Source: Candidatus Nanoarchaeia archaeon (GTDB lineage: Archaea > Nanobdellota > Nanobdellia > UBA10117). From it: DNA of 34,772 nt. The notes beneath the pieces were generated by a model. It made no database searches. It was not told the DNA's origin and was given only the letters and a program-made list of their open reading frames with translations. Shown here in pieces: positions 17,801-24,971 of the stretch; position 1 is the stretch's first letter, and each line of letters opens with the position of its first letter. The position numbers and the translations under genes are program-made. The DNA lies in NCBI GenBank assembly GCA_038894275.1, contig JAWAPU010000001.1, positions 1 through 34,772 of the forward strand, written 5' to 3'.

Positions 17801-18273
17801 TTGAAGAAGTTGAAAAAAAGAAAAAAGAAGCGTTCATGAAAACCTTTAATGAAATAAATTCTAAATTTGAAGAAATTTATAAAAAAATAAATATGAAATA
17901 TATAGGTACGATGATTTTAGAAAATGTAGAAAAACCATTTGAAGGCGGCCTTTTTGTAGAATTGAAAGATGATAAAAAGAAACGAGTTTCGCCGGCGGCA
18001 CTTTCCGGAGGAGAGAAAGTACTTTTAGCCTTGGCTTTCATATTCGCAATACAAGAATATGAGCCCGCTCCATTTTATCTTTTAGATGAAATAGAAGCTG
18101 CACTAGATAGAGTTAATTCGGAGCAAGTCGCAAAATTGTTAAAAGAGTACAGTAAAAGATCCCAAATTGTTATAATTTCGCACAACGATGCAGTGATCTC
18201 AGAAGGAGATACGCTTTACGGTGTGTCCATGACAAAAGAGGGGGAATCTACGGTGGTGAGTTTAAAATTATGA
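14878..18273 (+). CDS. smc: SMC chromosome segregation ATPase
   Basis: Walker A GPNGSGKSN, long coiled coils, hinge (GIIGTVAELG...AAGNRL), signature LSGGEK and Walker B LLDEIEAALD. I prefer the ATG at 14878 (MKTYLKALQLRGFKSF) to the TTG at 14839 used in the track. Confidence 0.93.
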   Translation: MKTYLKALQLRGFKSFNRKVFIQFCPKMNVILGPNGSGKSNIGDAICFVLGRLSSKDLRAENFSDLLFKRKNTTAAEGEVSLILDNSQNLFPFKENEIEIKRKIKKTGQTQYYINGKSVTRQQVLELLALAKIFPDGYNIVLQGDIAKFVDLKPVEKRQLIEEIAGISTYEEKKAKALAELTKVDERLREVNIVLREKETYMKNLEAERKNAEKYKDLQNELKAAQAGELILKLEIAKSKKENCSKLIETKLIEIKNSHLDIEINNKKIIQLKEKLENLEKEIQRKGGEESLKLQKEVEAVRIELEKARELFSTTVNELNRLEKRRIDLEQNLLQIESKIKQAEDDKKKLKEKLDALENQIKNFKSEAIDIKSLEENLDELDKETSALQEKRNVLFERVIQLKTEKNTCEKELNEVEQKINILERNAKEFQETQTKLNSVLVKLESHSKSQTEVSIKIGQLKKEQICKESELTKIKALFNARQDFLQKDNSIKLLKNSNIKGIIGTVAELGTSKPEFSTALSVAAGNRLKNIVVDCPETALLCLEKLKTAKAGIATFLPLNNLKIPTFNIPQSVLKKQGVLGLAVDLIECEAKYKNLFSYVFRDTLIIKNSDIAKDLGFNKYRMVTLDGDLFEISGAITGGYRGNVTMTFDVSKNQIQELERDLEKLQKEIQNLEKQKAEIDSEVLKLQAQRIELEAKLKLTQNQAIKEHEALLERKNQIQKRLEALNSKLQTSEKEFSEAENKLKITQEKQNSLKTQLHNLKFETSMSLLEKLNQDKHQQISLLAALEATITNALLPEKNNVLRVLKELEKEKKNFDQQKVELERRISELEKELQKKESEQALFHGKLKQAFEEQAGLSTSLREAQTTLESVKLRLNALEQEKNNLTIEAAQYAAEISTLEDELKNYQNAEPLKFKTLEAAKTKIKELQSRLEALGPVNMRALEVFQDILKEYNDLSIKTTKLKEEKEAILQIIEEVEKKKKEAFMKTFNEINSKFEEIYKKINMKYIGTMILENVEKPFEGGLFVELKDDKKKRVSPAALSGGEKVLLALAFIFAIQEYEPAPFYLLDEIEAALDRVNSEQVAKLLKEYSKRSQIVIISHNDAVISEGDTLYGVSMTKEGESTVVSLKL

Positions 18274-18905
18274 AAATGAAATTTACTTTTTCAAAAAAAG
18301 AAATAATTCATCTATTTTGTGCTGCCATGGTTATTTCATTGGCTTTTGAACTGGTCCTTTTTAGAGACCAAATATTTACTTATGCTTTCACTATTACAAG
18401 TTTTGCTGTGTTTTTTTTACAAACTCTTTTAATAATAACTTTGGCGTTTGTTTTACACGAGCTCGGCCATAAATTTATCGCTCAAAAAATAGGGATCTGG
18501 GCAGAATTTAGGGCTTGGCCTTTTGGCTTAGTTCTAGCATTAATATTAGCTTTAATTAGTAAAGGCGGGTTCGTTTTTGCTGCACCCGGAGCCGTTTTAA
18601 TAGTACCTGCTAAAAAAACAAAAAAAGGTTTTATTTTTAAGAAACTAACAAAAAAACAAGTAGGCCACATCGGGATTATCGGAGTTTTAATTAATCTTTT
18701 TTTAGCAACAATAGCATTCATATTAGCATTGTTAGGAGTTGCGTTGGCAGCACTAATGGCTCAAATTAATACCTGGCTTGCAATATTTAATCTAATACCT
18801 GTTTCGATTTTAGATGGCGCAAAAGTTTGGCATTGGTCTAAAACCGCGTGGGCAATTACTTTTTTTTATGCGATTTCTTTATTTATTTTAATAATTCTAA
18901 TTTAA
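18270..18905 (+). CDS. Peptidase M50 (site-2 protease-like) integral membrane metalloprotease
   Basis: HELGH zinc motif inside a TM helix, and a downstream NLIPVSILDG motif. The start ATG overlaps the smc stop (ATGA). Confidence 0.8.
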   Translation: MKMKFTFSKKEIIHLFCAAMVISLAFELVLFRDQIFTYAFTITSFAVFFLQTLLIITLAFVLHELGHKFIAQKIGIWAEFRAWPFGLVLALILALISKGGFVFAAPGAVLIVPAKKTKKGFIFKKLTKKQVGHIGIIGVLINLFLATIAFILALLGVALAALMAQINTWLAIFNLIPVSILDGAKVWHWSKTAWAITFFYAISLFILIILI

Positions 18906-19715
18906 TTTTTCAAATTTAATTAGCCCGTTAAATTCTTCAATTGCCAATTTCGCTTTTTTTGTTAAATTCCCTTTTGAAATTATTAAAACTGACTTAGACC
19001 TTTTTATGCTTTCGGAATGGGCCAACGAGATATCCAGCTCGTTAATAGTTTTTTTGTTTAATATAAACGCAATAAAAGGAATATTCCCTATGGCAGAAGG
19101 TAGCAAAAACTCCAAAATGGCTTCTCTCCCTTTTTTTCTCAATTCTTTATTTGTAACAACGGCATTTTTACTTTCTAACCATTTAAGTGCCAAATCTATT
19201 AAGTTATCGCTTTCTACTTTTTCAATATTTTTTATTTGAGGCGTGCTTATTTTAATTTTTTGATTTTCGCTTTTTTCAAATTCTTTTGTTTCTGTCAAAA
19301 TCTTCTTTTCTACTTCTTCTAAATGTTCTATGGGCTCAACAGATGTTTGTTTTTGCGGTGCAGATTTCTCTTCTTTTTCTCTACGCTCGATTTCTTTTAA
19401 TTTTTCTAAAAATTCTTTTCTTTTCCTTTCTATTTCAGGAGTAATTTGGACAGGCTCTGTGCTAAAATTTCCTACCGTTGGTTTTACCGACAATAAAGAA
19501 TTGAGTTTAGTTTGTGCGCTTAACTCCTGACCTGGAAGATAATAAATTGGCACGCCTCCTATTTTTTCACTTGTGCATTTAATTTTCCCAGATTCTGTTA
19601 AAAAATCTAACACTGCTTTAGCTGTAAAGCTATCTATGGATAAGGCTGTTGCAACCTCAATCGGCAAGACAGGACTTTGCGATACTAATTTATATATGGC
19701 CTCTACTCTTGACAT
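18897..19715 (-). CDS. Hypothetical protein with an N-terminal winged-helix-like domain, an acidic/charged linker and a globular C-terminal domain
   Basis: 272-aa ORF. The N-terminus (IEVATALSIDSFTAKAVLDFLTESGKIK) looks like a wHTH. The architecture call is inference only. Confidence 0.45.
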   Translation of the reverse strand: MSRVEAIYKLVSQSPVLPIEVATALSIDSFTAKAVLDFLTESGKIKCTSEKIGGVPIYYLPGQELSAQTKLNSLLSVKPTVGNFSTEPVQITPEIERKRKEFLEKLKEIERREKEEKSAPQKQTSVEPIEHLEEVEKKILTETKEFEKSENQKIKISTPQIKNIEKVESDNLIDLALKWLESKNAVVTNKELRKKGREAILEFLLPSAIGNIPFIAFILNKKTINELDISLAHSESIKRSKSVLIISKGNLTKKAKLAIEEFNGLIKFEKLN

Positions 19716-19756
19716 CTTGTTTTATTTGTTTAAAGAAGCTATTAAGACTTTCTATT

Positions 19757-20521
19757 CTAAATTAAATATTTATAATCGTTAACAAAAATAACAGTTCTGT
19801 CCACATCACCCGCAAGTGCGTCCGCAAGCTTAACGCCGCCAAATGCTTCTGGTAGAAGTATAAAATCTGCTCCTGCTTTTTTTAATTTTGGCACCATTTT
19901 TACATCGGTTGCTCGGACTGCTATTTTAGCATGCCTATTTAATTCTCTTGCAGTTAGCGTTAGTAGTAAGTTTTTACCATCTTCGCCAAGCGCAATTGCA
20001 ATACCTGCTGCATGTTGAATATTTGCTTCTTTTAAAACATGCTCGTCTATCGGGCCAACTTCGTACACTAAAAATCCTTTTGCCCTAAGTTTTGCAATTA
20101 TATCTTTATTTTTTTCGATAAAAACAACTTTATGTCCCAAATTGGCCAATCTTATTCCTACATTTTGTCCAACTCTTCCAGCTCCACAAATAATATAGTG
20201 TCCTTTTAATTTTTTTATTTCCGAAATCATTTTTGCCTCCTTTAAAAACTCTCCAAATTTTCCTTCTACTACTAGTCCAAAAGAACTCCAAATTGCAAAC
20301 CAAATTATAATTGCACCAAATAAACTTAATAAAATAACTAAATAATGTGGATATTCCGCAGACGTTTTCCCAGATAAAGACTCCAATGTAGCATAAAACG
20401 CTCCAGTAAAACTAAAACCATTAGCTAGAAAACCAAATATGCCTATAGCAAACGTTACGATAATTAGCGCTATTAGCATTTTGAATTGTTTAAGTACGTC
20501 AGTGGCTTTTAATGGCTGCAT
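19757..20521 (-). CDS. 2-TM ion-channel-like protein fused to an RCK/TrkA-N NAD-binding domain
   Basis: Two TM helices flank a pore-helix-like segment. Rossmann motif ICGAGRVGQNVG follows. The canonical K+ filter T-V-G-Y-G is absent; LESLSGKTS sits in its place. Confidence 0.75.
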   Translation of the reverse strand: MQPLKATDVLKQFKMLIALIIVTFAIGIFGFLANGFSFTGAFYATLESLSGKTSAEYPHYLVILLSLFGAIIIWFAIWSSFGLVVEGKFGEFLKEAKMISEIKKLKGHYIICGAGRVGQNVGIRLANLGHKVVFIEKNKDIIAKLRAKGFLVYEVGPIDEHVLKEANIQHAAGIAIALGEDGKNLLLTLTARELNRHAKIAVRATDVKMVPKLKKAGADFILLPEAFGGVKLADALAGDVDRTVIFVNDYKYLI

Positions 20522-20570
20522 TAAAATTTTAACGTTTTTTCGAATTATAAACTTTTACCTTATAAAAATA

Positions 20571-20643
20571 TGCGCCAGCCGGGATTTGAACCCGGGTCCC
20601 AAGCTTGGGAAGCTCGTGTCCTACCAGACTAGACTACTGGCGC
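20571..20643 (-). tRNA. tRNA-Gly(CCC)
   Basis: The reverse complement folds as GCGCCAG-TA-GTCT..GGAC-A-CGAGC-TTCCCAA-GCTTG-GGAC-CCGGG-TTCAAAT-CCCGG-CTGGCGC-A. No encoded CCA. Confidence 0.85.
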
Positions 20644-20733
20644 ATTGTTTCATACTATTTATTTTAAAAAATAAATCTTTATAAGTATTTCAAAATTTCA
20701 AATTTTTACAAGATTTTAACCATCAAAAACAAA

Positions 20734-21123
20734 ATGCAAAAATATAAAATAAAATATAAATTTAAAAGCCCTGATGGCGGAGAGTACATTTTATATAAAT
20801 ATTATACGCCGCGACAAGCAGGAATAAGAGGTTTTTTAGCCACTTTCTGTGCAGCAGTTAGTGTGGCTCTTTTAACTCCACTTCCAGACGAGTTTATTAC
20901 GGTTCCAGCAGCAGCAAAACTTGTACAATATTTTATAGACGCTGATTATGAAACTTCGCTTGTTTATGGTTATTTTTTATATAAAGGAATAGGCATTCTT
21001 TTTTTGGTGTTGGCATCTATATTTGGAATGCAATATTTGAGAGCAGCATGGGCAAAAAAACTTGCAGATGTAGATTTTACTTTTAAAAAAATAAAAAGAA
21101 CTTTAAGATTGAGGAGGGTTTAA
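20734..21123 (+). CDS. Hypothetical small membrane protein
   Basis: 129-aa ORF with two hydrophobic helices (FLATFCAAVSVALLTPL and GIGILFLVLASIFGM) and a basic C-terminus. Confidence 0.5.
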   Translation: MQKYKIKYKFKSPDGGEYILYKYYTPRQAGIRGFLATFCAAVSVALLTPLPDEFITVPAAAKLVQYFIDADYETSLVYGYFLYKGIGILFLVLASIFGMQYLRAAWAKKLADVDFTFKKIKRTLRLRRV

Positions 21124-21147
21124 AAAGCCGAAATAATATCTTTTTCT

Positions 21148-21220
21148 GGGCCGGTGGTCTAGTGGTTATGACGTCCGCTTGACAGGCGGGAGGTCGGCGG
21201 TTCGAATCCGCCCCGGCCCA
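21148..21220 (+). tRNA. tRNA-Val(GAC)
   Basis: GGGCCGG-TG-GTCT..TGAC-G-TCCGC-TTGACAG-GCGGG-AGGTC-GGCGG-TTCGAAT-CCGCC-CCGGCCC-A. No encoded CCA. Confidence 0.88.
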
Positions 21221-21221
21221 T

Positions 21222-21305
21222 GCGGGGGTGCCTGAGCGGTCAAAAGGGCACGGCTTAGGACCGTGTGGCTTAGTGCCTTCCTAGGTTCAAATCCTAGCCC
21301 CCGCA
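21222..21305 (+). tRNA. tRNA-Leu(TAG), class II with a long variable arm
   Basis: Acceptor GCGGGGG/CCCCCGC, anticodon arm CACGG-CTTAGGA-CCGTG, variable arm GGC-TTAGT-GCC, T-arm CTAGG-TTCAAAT-CCTAG. It starts 1 nt after tRNA-Val(GAC). Confidence 0.85.
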
Positions 21306-21363
21306 TTTCGTATATTTTAAGGTAGTAACATAATTTTATAATGCGCGATTTATTCTTTTAAAT

Positions 21364-21732
21364 ATGAATTCCAAAAGCGAATATGTTTTTGTAAAAGAAT
21401 ACTCTATTTTGTTAGCGAAGCTTAAATCTGCATCTTTAGATTTTCATAAGGCAATAGAAAATGCTAGCAATGCTGCAGATTTACATAAACAAAAGATGGA
21501 AGAGCTAGAACATGCCCAAATACTTTTTAATTCAATACGCGAAAATTTAAATCAACTTAAAGCAAGCTTTCCCATCAGAGAATTTAAGAAAGAAGAGCAT
21601 GAAAGGCCAAAAAGACCTATAACTTCAACGAAATTGCCGGAGCAAGAACTTTTAAGTAAAAGTCAGTACGCATTACAAACTCTTCAGAAGAATCTGCTTG
21701 AATTAAAAGAAGAATTGAAAAAAATAAAATAG
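21364..21732 (+). CDS. Hypothetical coiled-coil protein
   Basis: 122-aa ATG ORF with a short N-terminal beta-like segment (YVFVKEY) followed by helical heptad sequence. No motif recognised. Confidence 0.5.
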   Translation: MNSKSEYVFVKEYSILLAKLKSASLDFHKAIENASNAADLHKQKMEELEHAQILFNSIRENLNQLKASFPIREFKKEEHERPKRPITSTKLPEQELLSKSQYALQTLQKNLLELKEELKKIK

Positions 21733-21759
21733 CTGAGCAATTGGAGATAAAGTTGTTTT

Positions 21760-21814
21760 AAAGCTAATTAGCTTTCGATAATTGCTTTTAGGTAATATTT
21801 ATTTTAAAATAAAT
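21760..21814. terminator. Two perfect palindromes between convergent genes, candidate bidirectional terminator hairpins
   Basis: AAAGCTAATTAGCTTT (21760-21775) and ATTTATTTTAAAATAAAT (21797-21814). Both are exact reverse-complement palindromes. They lie between the stops at 21732 and 21826. Confidence 0.35.
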
Positions 21815-21825
21815 TGTGACTGTCT

Positions 21826-22242
21826 CTATACTTCTGGCTTAATCAACTTTGCAGAAACTTCGTCAAGCTTTGTTTTCGCTTCGGCTAACATTGCCGCCCA
21901 ACCGTCTATGATTTCTGCTTCTTTATTTTTAATAGAAGCTATTCTATCTAAAGTCTCTTTTAATTCAGTTAATTTTGTTTCTATTTCTTGAATATTTCGC
22001 ATTGTTTCTTTATACTTATCTAATCTTATGAAAACGGTTGCTTTTTCTTCTACAGCAGGCGCAAAAGTTGAAGGAATAGCCGGGGCTGGAGCAGACACAG
22101 GACTTGGTTTCATGGAAACTTCAGGAATTAAAGGCGCACTTATTTTTTCTGTTACGCTTTCTTCTTCGCCTGGCAAAGGCGGTAAAGGAGGCAACTCTCC
22201 TTCTTCTATTTCTTCTTTCCTTTTTTTAAAAAACAAGCCCAT
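21826..22242 (-). CDS. Hypothetical protein with a short hydrophobic/basic N-terminus, a Pro-rich linker and a C-terminal coiled coil
   Basis: MGLFFKKRKEE..., then ELPPLPPLPG and SPVSAPAPAIPSTFAPA, then TVFIRLDKYKETMRNIQEIETKLTELKETL... (helical). This ORF, not the overlapping + strand extension, best explains 22028-22242. Confidence 0.55.
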   Translation of the reverse strand: MGLFFKKRKEEIEEGELPPLPPLPGEEESVTEKISAPLIPEVSMKPSPVSAPAPAIPSTFAPAVEEKATVFIRLDKYKETMRNIQEIETKLTELKETLDRIASIKNKEAEIIDGWAAMLAEAKTKLDEVSAKLIKPEV

Positions 22243-22306
22243 TTTACCTCAAAGATTTAGTAACAAACCTTTATTTTTATATATTACTTACCAACTAAAA
22301 GTGACT

Positions 22307-24163
22307 ATGAGACTTAATATTATAGTTTTGCCCCTTCTTTTAATAAATTGCATTTATGCAGTTTCGTTTAGCGAAGTCATGCCAAATCCATACGGACCAG
22401 AGCCAGCAGGAGAATGGATAGAAATTTATTCGGATTCTCCAGTTGTCTTAGAAAATTGGTCTGTAGTAGATGCAGCAAAAAAAGCATATCTATTTTCTTT
22501 AAATTTTGATGATTATGCAATTTTATCTTGTAACAAAAGCACATTCGAAACAAATTTTCCAAACGTTTCTGTTCCTATTTTTAATTTAAATTGCAGTGGA
22601 CTTGGTTGGTTAAATAATGGCGAAGAAACTATTTATTTAAAAGATAATTTTGGCAAAATAGTTGATTCTTTGTACTGGTATTCTACCGAAGAAAATAAAA
22701 GTCTGAGCAATTGTTTTGGAAATTTTGTGAATACCGCACCAACACCAGGGGAGCCAAATATTTGTAATTTGACAAAAGATGTTGTTTTAGAAGTTTTTTT
22801 AAGTTCAAAAGTTATTTTAAATGCAACGTATACTTCTCTATTTAAAATTTCTATTTTAAACAAGACCAATTGTTCTATTAAAGATAATATAACTGCAAAT
22901 TATAGCATACTTGACGAAAATGGGACTTTAATAAAACAAGATACTTTTACAAAAGAGGTCGGTTGTTCAGGCTATTCAAATACCGGCGTATGGCGCCCAG
23001 ATAAAAGCGGCAATTTTACACTACAAGGTCAAATAATTGAAAGTACTTCTGAAAATTACAATTTAAATAACGATTTTGCTTTAGCAAAAATAGAAGTTTT
23101 AGATTCGCCAGTACAAATTTTATACTTTTCAAATTCTTCATTTGGCGACCTTAAATTTGTATTAGCTTATTTAAATCTCGATGAAGCTATTTTAGAATTG
23201 TTAAATTGGACTAATTCAAGCATAAAATTTCTTGTTTATAGCGCAAGTAACAAAGCCATTTTACGAGAATTCGACAATTCTATTTTAGATTCTACCGATG
23301 GTTGTAAAAGTGTTTTTGCAGTGCCTGTTCAAGCAAGTGTCGGATATTATTATTTAGCATTACCTTATTTTATTGCACCAAATTGCAACTCTTATTATTT
23401 ACCAGGAAATTATTCTTTAGGTATTAGAGCATTTAAATTAATAAATGACACTTGCCCTAGTACATGTACACGAAATACTTGTTACGATTTTGACAAATTT
23501 GAAATATTTATTTCAGGAAAGAATTATAATTTATGTGTTAAGGAAGGCAAATCTAATGAAGAAACGTATAACGCAAATGCTCTAAATACTTGTGATTTAA
23601 AATTAGAGATACTTTCTGCTCCATCTCAAGCGAAGTTTGGAGAAAATATAACAATTAACTTTAAAGTCACCAATGTTTGCGACGAAAAAATAAATACGAG
23701 TATTTATAGTTATGTTTATTCGAATTTAAATTGTATAAACGAAGAAGGTTGGACAGGAAATAAAATTAATTTAGAATTACAACCAAACCAATCTGTGGAG
23801 CTGAAATTATATAACAAAATAAAATCAGATGTTCAATTAGGAAAATATAATTTAAAAGTTAGAGCTTTAGCCAATTCTAAAAAAATTGATGCCATTTCCC
23901 AAATCGAAATTTTGGATTGTGCAAACAGCACTTTTGAAACTTTAGAAAAAATAGAAAAAGTTGAAAATTTAAATACGTTGGAAAGTTTTAATTTAGGAAA
24001 AAATGAAATTAAAGTTGTTTGGAGCTCTAAGTCAAATATAAACAGAGTTTTACTTTTATTTTGCACAGCTCTCTCTATTTTTTGCGCAGCTCTTTTGCTA
24101 ACAATTTTTAACAAAGGTTTAAAAAAGACGAATTTAAACAAAATTAATGGAAAAACCGATTAA
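22307..24163 (+). CDS. Secreted, C-terminally membrane-anchored surface protein with an N-terminal lamin-tail domain (LTD)
   Basis: Signal peptide MRLNIIVLPLLLINCIYA. LTD signature FSEVMPNPYGPEPAGEWIEIYSDSPVVLENWSV. C-terminal TM VLLLFCTALSIFCAALLLTIF followed by a basic tail. A TATA-like TTTATATA at 22276-22283 lies about 24 nt upstream of the ATG, which would make the transcript near-leaderless. Confidence 0.75.
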   Translation: MRLNIIVLPLLLINCIYAVSFSEVMPNPYGPEPAGEWIEIYSDSPVVLENWSVVDAAKKAYLFSLNFDDYAILSCNKSTFETNFPNVSVPIFNLNCSGLGWLNNGEETIYLKDNFGKIVDSLYWYSTEENKSLSNCFGNFVNTAPTPGEPNICNLTKDVVLEVFLSSKVILNATYTSLFKISILNKTNCSIKDNITANYSILDENGTLIKQDTFTKEVGCSGYSNTGVWRPDKSGNFTLQGQIIESTSENYNLNNDFALAKIEVLDSPVQILYFSNSSFGDLKFVLAYLNLDEAILELLNWTNSSIKFLVYSASNKAILREFDNSILDSTDGCKSVFAVPVQASVGYYYLALPYFIAPNCNSYYLPGNYSLGIRAFKLINDTCPSTCTRNTCYDFDKFEIFISGKNYNLCVKEGKSNEETYNANALNTCDLKLEILSAPSQAKFGENITINFKVTNVCDEKINTSIYSYVYSNLNCINEEGWTGNKINLELQPNQSVELKLYNKIKSDVQLGKYNLKVRALANSKKIDAISQIEILDCANSTFETLEKIEKVENLNTLESFNLGKNEIKVVWSSKSNINRVLLLFCTALSIFCAALLLTIFNKGLKKTNLNKINGKTD

Positions 24164-24590
24164 AGCAAGATTAATTGTAGAGATAGTTGGGAAACCAAAA
24201 GAGCATGTAGAAGAAACGATTATTTTATTAGGCGAAAAATTTGCTGAAGGAAAGAAAGAAGTTAAGATTTTAAGCAGAAAAGTCAGAGAACCAGTTCAAC
24301 TAAAAGACACGTCTTTATATTCTGCATTCATCGAATTTGAAGTTCAAGTTGAAAATTTATCCATTTTGTTAGAGTTGATTTTTGATTATTTGCCAAGCTC
24401 TATAGAAATCATAGAACCAGAAGAAATTTCAGAAAGCAATTTTAATTTAAATAGTGTTTTAAATGATTTGGCAGGGAAACTTCATTCTTATGATTTAGCA
24501 ATTAAAAAATTAAAAGCGGAAAATGTTTTGTTAAAAAAAGAAATTAAAAAACTAAAAGATAGTAAAATAAATCAAAATAATTCGCTATAA
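24147..24590 (+). CDS. Hypothetical cytoplasmic protein with a beta-alpha-beta-like N-domain and a C-terminal coiled coil
   Basis: 147-aa ATG ORF overlapping the LTD gene end by 17 nt. No TM segment. The C-terminus is AIKKLKAENVLLKKEIKKLK. Confidence 0.5.
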   Translation: MEKPIKARLIVEIVGKPKEHVEETIILLGEKFAEGKKEVKILSRKVREPVQLKDTSLYSAFIEFEVQVENLSILLELIFDYLPSSIEIIEPEEISESNFNLNSVLNDLAGKLHSYDLAIKKLKAENVLLKKEIKKLKDSKINQNNSL

Positions 24591-24677
24591 AGCGGCCTGC
24601 TTTGTTCTTAAAGATGCAGTCCCTAAAAATAATTCTCCAACATTAATAATTTAATGCTAATAAAAAATAATAAAAAA

Positions 24678-24971
24678 TTAAGAAACAACAACAATTTTAA
24701 TTTTGTCTCTTAACTCTGGGCTCAACCATTTACAAACAGTATCTAAGCTTAAATTTCCCAAATCATTGCATTTCACTATGATTTTCTCGTTCGTCATACT
24801 AGCAGAACAATACTCGGGAGTTTCTACTTTTATGTTTTTGGATGCAAGTTTTTCTCCTATAAAAAAGGCGGCTACACCTGTTATTGCTAAAGCTAGTAAA
24901 AAAATTCCAAACAATCTTCCCAAAGTTATTTCATATTTTATTTCAATTGTTTGTTTCTTTTGTTCTTCCAT
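24678..24971 (-). CDS. Small single-pass membrane protein with a Cys-containing extracytoplasmic tail
   Basis: 97 aa. TM helix LFGIFLLALAITGVAAFFIG, followed by three Cys residues. It overlaps the upstream regulator gene by 29 nt. Confidence 0.5.
   Translation of the reverse strand: MEEQKKQTIEIKYEITLGRLFGIFLLALAITGVAAFFIGEKLASKNIKVETPEYCSASMTNEKIIVKCNDLGNLSLDTVCKWLSPELRDKIKIVVVS

Noticed and set aside
21826-22242. Calling this protein SepF or CdvA on the basis of its MGLFFKK N-terminus and Pro-rich linker
   Set aside because: I recognised no conserved SepF core or CdvA PRC/E3B features in the C-terminal domain. The N-terminal resemblance is too short to carry an annotation.
22028-22306. N-terminal 93-codon extension of the LTD ORF as listed in the ORF track (start at 22028)
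   Set aside because: It overlaps the better-supported minus-strand gene 21826-22242 almost completely. Its translation is low-complexity mirror sequence (SSPGKGGKGGNSPSS). An internal ATG at 22307 is followed by a textbook signal peptide and preceded by a TATA-like box.
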